Source of the DNA: Desulfobacterales bacterium
GTDB lineage: Bacteria; Desulfobacterota; Desulfobacteria; Desulfobacterales; B30-G6
Assembly: GCA_029940035.1 (NCBI GenBank)
Contig: JAOZRT010000006.1
Location: 1-46,012 of the forward strand
DNA length: 46,012 nt
Direction: 5' to 3'
Part shown: one piece after another, positions 19,262 to 28,244 of the stretch
Layout: every line of letters begins with the position of its first letter
Position numbering within the stretch: position 1 is the first letter of the stretch
Position numbers and translations under genes: made by a program
The notes under the pieces: generated by a model
What the model was told of the DNA's origin: nothing
What the model saw: the letters and a program-made list of their open reading frames with translations, nothing else
The model's database searches: none

Positions 19262-19310
19262 ATAATTTCTATGATCCCGGGCGCTCAGCGACCGGAATCA
19301 TAGAAATTAT
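19262..19310. repeat. Long inverted repeat (hairpin) overlapping the Nudix stop codon
   Basis: ataatttctatgat (19262-19275) pairs perfectly with atcatagaaattat (19297-19310). The stem extends through cccgg/ccgga to about 19 bp with one mismatch; the loop is gcgctcagcga. No U-tract follows on the minus strand. Confidence 0.75.
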
Positions 19311-19993
19311 TTCCAGGCAAAAACAGGTTGCTCAAAATGGGCTACGCGTGTTGCTTTGCCACAGACAGCGACCTCCCTGAACTGGTAAATCAAAGCGGCT
19401 GTAGGGGCCGCAATCCAGTTGTCTCCCACCGGCATGCGCAGTATGGGATGATTCCCCTGGGGCGTATCCTCGAGCATCGGTGCGTCTTTGCGCAGGAATT
19501 CGGCAATGGGAATCCGGTGGATGGACTGGACCTCTGCAGGGTCCGGCGACAACTTCACGCCGTTACCACCCCAGACCACAACCGGTGTAATAACAAACCC
19601 CGACCGTGTGGTAAAATCATCAAGGCGGCCCAGGACGCTTGTATGGGGCAACTCCAGGCCAACCTCTTCGTGGAGTTCCCTCAGGGCCGTTTCTTCGGGT
19701 TTTTCGCCTCGCTCCATGTGCCCGCCCGGTAAAGCCCACTGCCCGGCATGGTTTGTCATCCGCGATGACCTGCGTGTCAGAATCAGGGCCGCATCCTCCT
19801 GAGGGGTTTCAAAAGCGGGCAGATTGTAAATACCGGCTCCATGCCCGGCATTCACAATGGTTATGGCCACGGCAGCCTGTTTTGCAATGGTTCTGTCATG
19901 GGGTTGCACCGCGAAATGTTTCAGGTTGGAACGGATGTTTTGCCGCAGCCTCTGATCGCATAAAAGGTGGTAGCTGGTGCTTTTTTCAAGCAT
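19307..19993 (-). CDS. Nudix hydrolase (CoA-pyrophosphatase-like)
   Basis: Nudix box GGHMERGEKPEETALRELHEEVGL (GX5EX7REUXEEXGU). Confidence 0.9.
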   Translation of the reverse strand: MLEKSTSYHLLCDQRLRQNIRSNLKHFAVQPHDRTIAKQAAVAITIVNAGHGAGIYNLPAFETPQEDAALILTRRSSRMTNHAGQWALPGGHMERGEKPEETALRELHEEVGLELPHTSVLGRLDDFTTRSGFVITPVVVWGGNGVKLSPDPAEVQSIHRIPIAEFLRKDAPMLEDTPQGNHPILRMPVGDNWIAAPTAALIYQFREVAVCGKATRVAHFEQPVFAWK

Positions 19994-20036
19994 AATAATC
20001 GTTATTTTATAAAAAGATAGAATCCCTCAACTTTAG

Positions 20037-20096
20037 TTCACTTTAGCACACTTTCGACACTTATACGTCATGGCGTAGATACTCCCTATGGTCAAG
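20037..20096. repeat. Copy A of a ~55-bp dispersed direct repeat, lying upstream of the Nudix start
   Basis: ttcactttagcacactttcgacacttatacgtcatggcgtagatactccctatggtcaag aligns with 20903-20955 at roughly 75-80% identity by eye. Confidence 0.75.
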
Positions 20097-20189
20097 TCCT
20101 GACTTAAAGTTGTCACTTTTTATAACTTTCCCCCGTGAATTAATACTGTCTCTTATCCTGCCATCCGATCTCAGACCTCTTAACCGCCC

Positions 20190-20306
20190 GCTGCGCTAAA
20201 GACGCCAAGTGCGCAAAGATTTTATCTAAAAAAGGACCTTCTTAGCGTGCTTTGCGCCTTTGCGGTTCAAGGTTTTTTGACTTCTGTCCTCTGTTTTCTG
20301 ACCTCT
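20190..20306. repeat. Imperfect inverted octamer arms (GCGCAAAG-type) followed by four heptads GNYNTCT
   Basis: gcgctaaagacgccaagtgcgcaaaga ... tcttagcgtgctttgcgcctttgcg form imperfect inverted arms. They are followed by gacttct|gtcctct|gttttct|gacctct at 20279-20306. Confidence 0.7.
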
Positions 20307-20335
20307 GGGGAGCCCGGTTCTCTATATTCGAGTAT

Positions 20336-20887
20336 CTATAGGGGCCGGCGCATGACAAAGTCCTCTTGAACATCCCCCCCTATGGTGAAGGTTTTCTCGC
20401 CGACCACATCAAATCCCCATTTCTTGTAGAAAATGTTGCCCCTGCGGTTTTTTTTCCAACTGCTCAGCCACACCGCAGCAAATCCCTGTCCACTCGCCAG
20501 GTCCAGGACTTGTTCCATCATCGCCTTGCCGATGCCTTTTCCCCACTTATTTTTAAGGGCATAAAGCCGGGCTAGTTCAACGGCTGGCAGGGAGGTTATA
20601 CATTCCGGGGCCGGTCCGGTATACAGCTTGAAGTATCCTACGGGCTCATCCCCTTGAAAGGCAATAAAAAATTCAGAATGAATGTCCCGGAGTTCACCTG
20701 AAATGGTGTCCAATGAAAAAGCATGGGACAGATAGGCGTCGAAATCTTTTTGATTGTTCAATTCACGGAAGGCTTGATCGAATGTTTGGTATCCCAGTGT
20801 ACTGAGACGAACGGCATTCTTTTCAGGGGCGATGCGTATGGTCATCCTATTTTTATTACACCTTCTGGTTGAATTTCGATGCATCAA
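20336..20887 (-). CDS. GNAT-family N-acetyltransferase
   Basis: Acetyl-CoA binding region RLYALKNKWGKGIGKAMMEQVLDLA, then AVWLSSWKKNRRGNIFYKKWGF. An alternative, more plausible ATG is at 20845 (MTIRIAPE...). Confidence 0.88.
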   Translation of the reverse strand: MMHRNSTRRCNKNRMTIRIAPEKNAVRLSTLGYQTFDQAFRELNNQKDFDAYLSHAFSLDTISGELRDIHSEFFIAFQGDEPVGYFKLYTGPAPECITSLPAVELARLYALKNKWGKGIGKAMMEQVLDLASGQGFAAVWLSSWKKNRRGNIFYKKWGFDVVGEKTFTIGGDVQEDFVMRRPL

Positions 20888-20902
20888 TTTTAGGCATTCG
20901 AA

Positions 20903-20955
20903 TTCACTTTAGCACATTTTCGTCATTTTGTGCATGGCGTTTCTCCCTTGCCAAG
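20903..20955. repeat. Copy B of the ~55-bp dispersed direct repeat, lying upstream of the GNAT start
   Basis: ttcactttagcacattttcgtcattttgtgcatggcgtttctcccttgccaag; the first 14 nt and the catggcgt core are identical to copy A. Confidence 0.75.
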
Positions 20956-21088
20956 CTTTGGTTCCGTGGTGGAATCGCTTGCACCAAAAACACTCATTTT
21001 AGGTTGAAAATTCCTGAAGAATATATACGATGGGCAAACTAAAAAGGGAAATCAGGCATAAAGGCTTGATTTCCCTATGTGTGTTTAT

Positions 21089-21164
21089 TGGAGCCGATGA
21101 GCGGATTTGAACCGCTGACCTGCTGATTACGAATCAGCTGCTCTACCAGCTGAGCTACATCGGC
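21089..21164 (-). tRNA. tRNA-Thr (anticodon CGU)
   Basis: The minus-strand read folds as a cloverleaf: GCCGATG TA GCTC AGCTGGTA GAGC A GCTGA TTCGTAA TCAGC AGGTC AGCGG TTCAAAT CCGCT CATCGGC T CCA. The anticodon loop TTCGTAA gives CGT, the discriminator is U, and CCA is encoded. Confidence 0.93.
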
Positions 21165-21211
21165 CAACTACGTTAACCTCCTGGTTGAGGTTAGATTGCA
21201 CTACTTTGTTT

Positions 21212-24200
21212 ATGAACCAAAATCAAGAAAAAATTACACTGAACGCTTTGCTGGAGGCGATCCCCGGCAGGAAAACCGCTCTGGACTGTGTCGGTTTTTC
21301 AGGGCCTGATAAAGCATATGCGATTTCCCGGATACATGCAAAGCAGGGGACGCCTGTGGTTGTGGTGGCATCCTCCACGAAAAAGGCCCTTAGGTTCTGC
21401 GACGATTTGAATTTTTTTTTGAGAAACGACCCTGATGGGGTCGTGGCCTATTTCCCGCCCTACAACCTTTTGCCATATAAGTTTCTGGCCTCCCACAATG
21501 AAACAGCTGCAACCAGGATCCGCACACTGTACCACCTCACTCAACAGGACAGGCCGCCGGTGGTGGTGACCACGGTAGCCGCCCTGATGAAAAAGATCAT
21601 CCCCAAGCGAGCGTTGGTGGATTATGCAGAATTGGTGCTTGAGGGGGAAGAGGTGGACCGGGATGGGCTTGTGCAAAAGCTTATTTCCGGTGGATATGTG
21701 TCCACCGCCATTGTGGAGGAACCCGGGGACTTTTGTGCACGGGGGGGCATTCTGGACATATTTTCACCCATGTACCCGGACCCCTTCCGGATAGAGCTTT
21801 TCGGGGATTTTGTGGAGAGCATCCGATTTTTTTCCGCAGCATCGCAGCGTACCCGGGAAAATATAAAAGAGGCGGTCGTCATCCCGGCCAAAGAGGTGAT
21901 TCTGGGTGAAGAGCAGAAAAAGGCAGTGGTTGCCCGCATCAGAGAGCAGGGGGCCCGGCAGGGGCTGCCCGTAACCGAAGTCCGGAGGATGGTCGAGCGG
22001 GTAAGGGAGGAAGGCGCCTTTAACGGCATTGAAAGCCTTATCGGTCTGGTTTATCCGGTTCTGGACACGTTGTTTGAATATGTCGCCGGGAATACGTTGT
22101 GGGTTTCTGCCGATTCTGAGGCTTTTGAACAAGGCGTCCGGGAGGCCGATGACCAGGTGATGGAGAACTATGCGTCCGCCATGGATGACGGCGCCTTTGC
22201 GGTGGAACCCGGGAAAATGTATCTGGACGGGCCGGGGGTACAGGAGAAACTCGCCCAAACCCGTCCGCTGGCATTCAAAATGCTGTCAATCGTTATTGAC
22301 GGGCAACAGACCCCAGAACAGGCGGGTCTTTTTACCTTTCGCATCCAGGACAACGCCCTCCTGACCGGTTCCCTCAGAAACCCCACCCACCGTGATCAGG
22401 CCGTTGCCCCCCTCATCGATTGGCTGGAGGAGAAACAAAAACAAGGCTACGTGACAGCGGTGGCATGCGCCACCGGAACCCAAGCCGCGCGATTGAGATC
22501 GCTGATCGCTCCTTACGGTATTCAGGTGCACATGTCGGAAACGTTCCCCTTCTGGCAACGGGGCCCTCAAGGGCGGGACGGGAGAGTGTACCTGTGCCGG
22601 GGCAGTGTTTCCAAGGGTTTTGTGTGGCCCAATGAAGAACTGGCCGTTCTCACCGAGCAGGAAATATTCGGTTCGCGGAAACGACGCAAAAAAAATCGGA
22701 AGGGTGCCGCCAACCGCCAGTTGCTGGCGTTTGAAGACCTCAAAACAGATGATCTCGTGGTGCACGAGGATCACGGCATCGGTCAATACAAATGCCTCGA
22801 AAAAATGAATATATCAGGTGTAGACAATGATTTTCTCCTGATCGTTTACCGGGATGGGGATAGGCTCTACCTACCGGTGGAGCGGATGAACCTGATCAAG
22901 AAATACATGGGGGTGGAGGGTGGCATCCCCGTGCTGGACAAAATGGGGGGCGTTGCCTGGGACAAGGTCAAACAGAAAGCCAAAAAATCGGCCGAGAAAA
23001 TTGCCGGAGAATTACTGAAGCTGTATGCCGTACGCAGGGTCAGCCAAGGGTTCGGGCATATGCCCATGGATAACGAACTGCGTGAGTTTGAGGCCAGTTT
23101 TCTGTTTGAAGAGACGGATGACCAGATGAAGGCCATAGAGGACGTCCTGAATGACATGCAGAAACCCTTGCCCATGGACAGGTTGGTGTGCGGTGATGTT
23201 GGTTACGGTAAAACCGAAGTTGCCATGCGGGCAGCCTTTGTGGCGGTGTTCAACAACAAGCAGGTGGCCGTGCTGGTGCCGACGACAGTACTGGCCGAGC
23301 AGCACTATGCCAGCTTCTCGGAAAGGTTTGCCCACTATCCAGTGCAGGTGGCCTGCTTGAGCCGGTTTCGCAAAAAGGGAGAGCAGAAAAAAATTGTCGA
23401 GGGTCTCAGGTCCGGGGCTGTGGACATCGTCATCGGAACACACAGGTTGCTTCAGAAGGATGTCGGCTTCAAGGATCTCGGCCTTTTTGTCCTGGATGAA
23501 GAACAGCGCTTCGGCGTTCGGCACAAGGAGATGCTGAAACGGATCAGGAATACCGTCGATGTGCTGGCCCTTACGGCAACCCCCATTCCCCGGACGCTGC
23601 ACATGTCACTTGTGGGGGTACGCGATGTGTCGCTCATTACAACGCCGCCTGAATACCGCCGGTCCATCATTACCTATATCTGCGAATTCGATGACGGCAT
23701 TGCCCGGGAAGCGATCCGCAAGGAACTCAAGCGCGCGGGGCAGGTTTATTTTGTGCACAACAACATCAATACGATTGAAAAAACAGCAGGTTATTTGAAA
23801 ACTCTGGTTCCTGAGGTGCGGCTGGATGTAGCCCATGGGCGCATGGATGAACAGGACCTTGAAAAGGTGATGCAGCGGTTCGTGGAAAGGGAGATCGATC
23901 TTCTGGTTTGCACAACCATCATTGAATCGGGGCTCGATATCCCCTCTGCCAATACGATTATCATCAACCGGGCCGACCGTTTCGGCCTGGCCCAGATGTA
24001 TCAGCTCCGGGGACGTGTGGGCCGGTCGGAAGAGCAGGCCTATGCATATCTGTTCATCCCGGATGAGAGCTATCTGGGGCGCGACGCGCAAAAACGGCTG
24101 AAGGTTCTCATGGAGCACAGTGATCTGGGCGCGGGATTTCAGATTGCCATGAGTGATCTCCAGATTCGCGGTGGGGGCACCATCCTGGGGGCATCCCAAT

Positions 24201-24772
24201 CCGGTCATATCGCGGCGGTCGGCTACGACATGTTCTTGAAGCTGATGGAGGAATCGATCAGTGAATTGAAAGGCGAGCACCATGTCCCGCAATTGGAGCC
24301 GGAAATCAGCATGGCCCTTTCAGCCTATGTTCCGGAGACCTATATCAGCGATATCGATCAGCGACTGTCTGTTTACCGGCGGCTGGCCAAGATGGAGGAT
24401 ACCACCGAACTTTCGGGATTTAAAAAAGAAATGATCGATCGTTTCGGCAGTATGCCGGATACAGCCGGCAACCTGCTCCTCAAAATCATGCTGAAGATTT
24501 TGGCCCGCAAGGCCGGTGTGGCCCGTTTGGATATTTTTGAAAACTATCTGTCGCTGCATTTTTCAGAAATGCATCAGGAAAATCCTGCGGGCATTGTAAC
24601 CGTCGTCTCGACGGACGAGGATCGATACAGGCTGACCTCATCACACACACTGACCGCCAAACTGTCGCACCGCGGGACATACGGCCGTCTCACCCAGGTG
24701 AAAAACATCTTGAAAGATATCGCCCGCCATGTTAACCCCAAAGCTGCATTTGGATTGACCGTGAGCACCTAA
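21212..24772 (+). CDS. mfd: Transcription-repair coupling factor
   Basis: About 1186 aa. CarD/RNAP-interacting region DDLVVHEDHGIGQY, helicase motifs GDVGYGKTEVA, VLDEEQRFG, LTATPIPRTL, and TTIIESGLDIPSANT...QLRGRVGR. I use the ATG at 21212 (MNQNQEK) rather than the TTG at 21185. Confidence 0.95.
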   Translation: MNQNQEKITLNALLEAIPGRKTALDCVGFSGPDKAYAISRIHAKQGTPVVVVASSTKKALRFCDDLNFFLRNDPDGVVAYFPPYNLLPYKFLASHNETAATRIRTLYHLTQQDRPPVVVTTVAALMKKIIPKRALVDYAELVLEGEEVDRDGLVQKLISGGYVSTAIVEEPGDFCARGGILDIFSPMYPDPFRIELFGDFVESIRFFSAASQRTRENIKEAVVIPAKEVILGEEQKKAVVARIREQGARQGLPVTEVRRMVERVREEGAFNGIESLIGLVYPVLDTLFEYVAGNTLWVSADSEAFEQGVREADDQVMENYASAMDDGAFAVEPGKMYLDGPGVQEKLAQTRPLAFKMLSIVIDGQQTPEQAGLFTFRIQDNALLTGSLRNPTHRDQAVAPLIDWLEEKQKQGYVTAVACATGTQAARLRSLIAPYGIQVHMSETFPFWQRGPQGRDGRVYLCRGSVSKGFVWPNEELAVLTEQEIFGSRKRRKKNRKGAANRQLLAFEDLKTDDLVVHEDHGIGQYKCLEKMNISGVDNDFLLIVYRDGDRLYLPVERMNLIKKYMGVEGGIPVLDKMGGVAWDKVKQKAKKSAEKIAGELLKLYAVRRVSQGFGHMPMDNELREFEASFLFEETDDQMKAIEDVLNDMQKPLPMDRLVCGDVGYGKTEVAMRAAFVAVFNNKQVAVLVPTTVLAEQHYASFSERFAHYPVQVACLSRFRKKGEQKKIVEGLRSGAVDIVIGTHRLLQKDVGFKDLGLFVLDEEQRFGVRHKEMLKRIRNTVDVLALTATPIPRTLHMSLVGVRDVSLITTPPEYRRSIITYICEFDDGIAREAIRKELKRAGQVYFVHNNINTIEKTAGYLKTLVPEVRLDVAHGRMDEQDLEKVMQRFVEREIDLLVCTTIIESGLDIPSANTIIINRADRFGLAQMYQLRGRVGRSEEQAYAYLFIPDESYLGRDAQKRLKVLMEHSDLGAGFQIAMSDLQIRGGGTILGASQSGHIAAVGYDMFLKLMEESISELKGEHHVPQLEPEISMALSAYVPETYISDIDQRLSVYRRLAKMEDTTELSGFKKEMIDRFGSMPDTAGNLLLKIMLKILARKAGVARLDIFENYLSLHFSEMHQENPAGIVTVVSTDEDRYRLTSSHTLTAKLSHRGTYGRLTQVKNILKDIARHVNPKAAFGLTVST

Positions 24773-24883
24773 CTGTATAGTTTCATTCCTGAATCTTCCC
24801 CATAGTTGCATAAACAACATGGCAATTAATAGATGATGGTCTGGTGTGGAATATGGTGGCTTTTTGATGGATACAGATCTCTT

Positions 24884-25591
24884 ATGAAACCTGAACTGGA
24901 AAAATCCCTTACCGGCTATGGATGGCTTTTGGGGGTTCTTTGCATCTTTTGGCTGACGGCAGCCGGGTGTGAAGATCGCAGGGTGCAGTTGGCAGCTGCC
25001 TCGCTGGTGAGGGTCAATGACCGATCGATTATGGTGGGTGAGTTCAACCGCAGATTCGATGCCGTGTCAGCTGAATTCCCGGTGTCGGAAGAGACCGATT
25101 CGGGGATTGAGAAGGAGATGAAACTGCGCCTGCTGCACCAGCTTACCGAGGAGCTGATTCTTTTTGAAAGGGCTGAAGAGCTGAGCCTGGCCATATCTGA
25201 CCGGGAGCTGGCAACGGCCATCAAGGCCATCCGGGTGGATTATCCGGAAGGCGAGTTTGAAAAAATCCTGGTGGAACAGGCGATAGTGTATGGCGAGTGG
25301 AAAGAGCAGTTGCGCATGCGCCTGCTTAAGGAAAAGGTGGTGCGGGAAGATCTCGAGATGTCACTATCCCTGACGCCCGAAGAGGTGTCTGCCTCATATG
25401 AGGCTAATTTTCCGGACCGGGACGCGGACAAAGGCCGGAAATTGAGCGACACGGATACTGATAAAAAAGTGATCAAGCTGGTGCGCCGGCAAAAAGCACA
25501 AGATGCTTATCAGACGTGGCTCCTGGACCTCAAGGCAAGGTATGACGTGGAAATAAATGCAACAGCCTGGGAAGAACTTATCGGTTCATGA
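24884..25591 (+). CDS. SurA N-terminal-domain chaperone-like lipoprotein
   Basis: MKPELEKSLTGYGWLLGVLCIFWLTAAGC (lipobox-like) is followed by a helical SurA_N-like region. It lies in the mfd-surA neighbourhood. The ORF-track start at 24833 is probably too far upstream. Confidence 0.78.
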   Translation: MKPELEKSLTGYGWLLGVLCIFWLTAAGCEDRRVQLAAASLVRVNDRSIMVGEFNRRFDAVSAEFPVSEETDSGIEKEMKLRLLHQLTEELILFERAEELSLAISDRELATAIKAIRVDYPEGEFEKILVEQAIVYGEWKEQLRMRLLKEKVVREDLEMSLSLTPEEVSASYEANFPDRDADKGRKLSDTDTDKKVIKLVRRQKAQDAYQTWLLDLKARYDVEINATAWEELIGS

Positions 25592-26601
25592 CGCATATGA
25601 CAACTAACTGGTGTCGGAAATATATATCTCTATTTTGCCTGCAGGCGTGGTGGCTGGCATGGACACTTGTTTTCGGGCCCTGGACCATGGGTGCCGTGCG
25701 GGCCGAGGAGATTGTCGACCGCATCGTTGCCGTGGTCAACAACGAGGTCATCACCTACCTGGAACTGCAGCGAGAACTGAAGCCGTATGAAGAAAAGATC
25801 AAGTCCATGGGGTATGATATGGAAGAAGAACTCCAGACGCTCTATAAGGTAAGAGAAGACATAATTTATCGCCTCATCGATGAAAAGCTGGCTGACCAGG
25901 AAATTGAAAAAAACAAGATCACCGTCAGTGAGTCGGAAGTCGATGCCTCCATCGAGCGTATCAAGGCTTCGAGGATGTGGTCCGATGAAGACCTGCGCAA
26001 GACCTTGGAAACGGAAGGTATGACCATGCAGGAACTGCGGCAAACCATGCGAGACCAGGCCTTGAGAAACCAATTGATCGGGCGGGAGGTGAGCTCAAAG
26101 ATCGTCATTACCATGGAAGAGGCCCGGGCGTATTATGACCGTCATGCAGAAGAGTACCAGGGTGAGCTGCTGTATCATCTCCGCATCATCAATATTCCGC
26201 CCGAAGAGGAGGGCGGCCGGCAGGCGGCAAGCAGCAGAATGGAAATGGTCATGCAAAAGTTGAAGGATGGCGAATCCTTTGACGCCCTCGCGCGTGAATA
26301 TTCGGAGTCTTCCTTGTCGGGGAAGGGGGGGGATTTGGGTAAGATCCCGTATGATGATTTTTCCCCGCAGATAAAATCGGCCCTTAAAGGTTTGGTGCCG
26401 GGTGACCATACACCCATTCTGGATACAGACCGGGGGTTTCAGATATTTTTTGTGGAAGAGGTCGTTACGGAAGGGGGCAAGACCTTTGAGGAGGTATCCC
26501 CTGATATTGAAGAAAAGCTTTACAATGCCGCCGTGGATAAAAAGTACACGGAGTGGCTGGAAGAATTGAAGAGCCAGGCCCATATCAAAATCATACGGTA
26601 G
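25588..26601 (+). CDS. SurA-like periplasmic chaperone / parvulin-type peptidyl-prolyl isomerase
   Basis: Signal segment, then IVDRIVAVVNNEVITYLEL (SurA_N start), and a parvulin domain with GGDLGKIPYDDFSPQIKSAL...RGFQIFFVEE. There is a 4-nt overlap with the upstream gene. Confidence 0.88.
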   Translation: MTHMTTNWCRKYISLFCLQAWWLAWTLVFGPWTMGAVRAEEIVDRIVAVVNNEVITYLELQRELKPYEEKIKSMGYDMEEELQTLYKVREDIIYRLIDEKLADQEIEKNKITVSESEVDASIERIKASRMWSDEDLRKTLETEGMTMQELRQTMRDQALRNQLIGREVSSKIVITMEEARAYYDRHAEEYQGELLYHLRIINIPPEEEGGRQAASSRMEMVMQKLKDGESFDALAREYSESSLSGKGGDLGKIPYDDFSPQIKSALKGLVPGDHTPILDTDRGFQIFFVEEVVTEGGKTFEEVSPDIEEKLYNAAVDKKYTEWLEELKSQAHIKIIR

Positions 26602-26725
26602 CATCGGTTTTGAAACCGTTTCTGATACCCGCACCAATCCGGCTGGGCACCCTGTTGCCTGCAAGGATTCTGCTTGCTAAGCTTCGTGCTTTCGTGATAA
26701 TTCTTCCATCTTAAACCATCACGCC

Positions 26726-26785
26726 GGAATAGGTCTAATAGAACCTATTCCTATCGGACCTATAAGACCCATAGACCTATAAACT
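26726..26785. repeat. GACCYATAA-type word tract with an internal hairpin, upstream of mgtE
   Basis: aataggtctaatagaacctatt is a hairpin (aataggt/acctatt). It is followed by gacctataa|gacccata|gacctataa. Confidence 0.8.
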
Positions 26786-26796
26786 CGGGGGTTCAC

Positions 26797-28149
26797 ATGC
26801 AGGGCGACCGCAACAAAATACTTGTGGACAGCGTCAAACGGCTGTTGCGGCGCAATGCAATGCACAATCTCAGAAAGATTGTGGAAAAGACCCATGCCGC
26901 CGACCTGTCGCGGGTGTTTGACTTTCTGACAATGCCTGACCAGCACAGGCTTTTCCAGATGATCCCGGATACGGAGCAGAAGGGCGTCCTTTTCAGCGAG
27001 ATGGAAGAGGACACCTTCCTGGAGTTCGCCGAAGAGCTGGCATTGGAAGAGATTGTTGCCATTCTCGAGAGCATGCCCAATGACGATGTCGCCGATATAA
27101 TCGGCCGGCTGCCGGATGAGAAATCCGATGAAATCCTCCAGTTGATGCAAAAAGAGGATTCCGAAGAGGTCGAAGGGCTGCTGCGGTATGAGGATGACAC
27201 GGCCGGCGGTATCATGGTGCCGGATTTCATCGCCCTGGGGGAGGAGATTACCGCCAGAGAGGCCATTGAGTCCTTGCAGAAAGAACACCAGGACGTGGAA
27301 ATGCCTTTCTACCTCTACGTGGTGAATGAATATGACAACCTGGTGGGTGTTATCTCCTTGAGGCAGTTGGTTGTCGTACCCCCCCAGACGCCGCTGAAGG
27401 CGTTTATGACCACGGATGTTTTTTCGGTGAAGACCGACATGGACCAGGAAGAGGTGGCCAGAATAGTGGCTCGCTATGACATCCTGGCCGTTCCGGTGGT
27501 GGACGAAACCAATAAACTGGTGGGGATCGTAACCGTCGATGACGTCATCGATATTTTCCGGCGGGAAGCCACCGAGGATATCTTGAAAATGGCGGGTGTG
27601 GGAGAGGAGTTTGTCGAGACCAAATCCGTGCTTAAAAGCACCCGCATTCGTTTCCCGTGGCTGTTTGCCAGCTGCATCGGCGGTATAGTAGCGTTTTTTG
27701 TTATCGGAAGTTTTGAGGAAAGCCTCAAGCAGTTTGCCTACCTGGCGGCCTTCATTCCCGTCATCATGGGCATGGGCGGAAATATAGGCACCCAATCCTC
27801 GACCATCGTGGTGCGCGGTCTGGCCACCGGCCGTATCAATGTCAGGGAACTCTGGTCAGTGGTGTTCAAGGAACTCACCATCGGTATTATCCTGGGCGTG
27901 ACCTATGGTGTGCTCATCGGCGCTGTTGCCCAGCTGGCCTTCGGCAAAATAGCGCTGGCAATTGCCGTGTGTGGTGCAGTGTTGTCATCCATGTCCCTGG
28001 CCGCTCTGGTGGGGTCCCTGGTGCCCATGGCCTTCGCCAAGATCAATATCGACCCGGCCGTCGCCACCGGTCCTTTTGTGACAACGTCCATCGATGTCAT
28101 CAGTGTTTTCTTTTATTTTATGATTGCAACGACGTTGCTCGGCTTGTAA
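26797..28149 (+). CDS. mgtE: Magnesium transporter MgtE
   Basis: 450 aa: an N-domain, tandem CBS domains (VVNEYDNLVGVISLRQL; VVDETNKLVGIVTVDDV) and a C-terminal TM domain with PVIMGMGGNIGTQSS and DPAVATGPFVTTSIDV. Confidence 0.95.
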   Translation: MQGDRNKILVDSVKRLLRRNAMHNLRKIVEKTHAADLSRVFDFLTMPDQHRLFQMIPDTEQKGVLFSEMEEDTFLEFAEELALEEIVAILESMPNDDVADIIGRLPDEKSDEILQLMQKEDSEEVEGLLRYEDDTAGGIMVPDFIALGEEITAREAIESLQKEHQDVEMPFYLYVVNEYDNLVGVISLRQLVVVPPQTPLKAFMTTDVFSVKTDMDQEEVARIVARYDILAVPVVDETNKLVGIVTVDDVIDIFRREATEDILKMAGVGEEFVETKSVLKSTRIRFPWLFASCIGGIVAFFVIGSFEESLKQFAYLAAFIPVIMGMGGNIGTQSSTIVVRGLATGRINVRELWSVVFKELTIGIILGVTYGVLIGAVAQLAFGKIALAIAVCGAVLSSMSLAALVGSLVPMAFAKINIDPAVATGPFVTTSIDVISVFFYFMIATTLLGL

Positions 28150-28166
28150 CGATGACCGGGTAGCGG

Positions 28167-28220
28167 CTATTTATAGGTCCTATAGGTCTTATTGGACCTA
28201 TAAACCCATAAGACCTATCC
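28167..28220. repeat. GACCYATAA-type word tract with a hairpin, downstream of mgtE
   Basis: ataggtcttattggacctat is a hairpin (taggtc/gaccta). It is followed by gacctataa|acccataa|gacctatcc, in the same orientation as the tract at 26761-26785. Confidence 0.8.
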
Positions 28221-28244
28221 TCAAGGTTGCAACATTGAGGCTCA

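Noticed and set aside
20888-21211. A genomic island integrated at tRNA-Thr
   Set aside because: There is no integrase, no direct repeat of the tRNA 3' end, and no mobility genes on either side. The neighbours are mfd and small metabolic genes.
26602-26796. An M-box (Mg2+) riboswitch upstream of mgtE
   Set aside because: The 195-nt leader is mostly occupied by dispersed repeat words. I could not recognise the conserved M-box helices or core. A covariance-model (Rfam RF00380) scan would settle it.
26719-27795. A 358-aa minus-strand ORF antisense to mgtE
   Set aside because: The plus-strand product is an unmistakable MgtE. The antisense product has no motifs and an odd composition (H/G/L/F-rich), so it is a shadow ORF.
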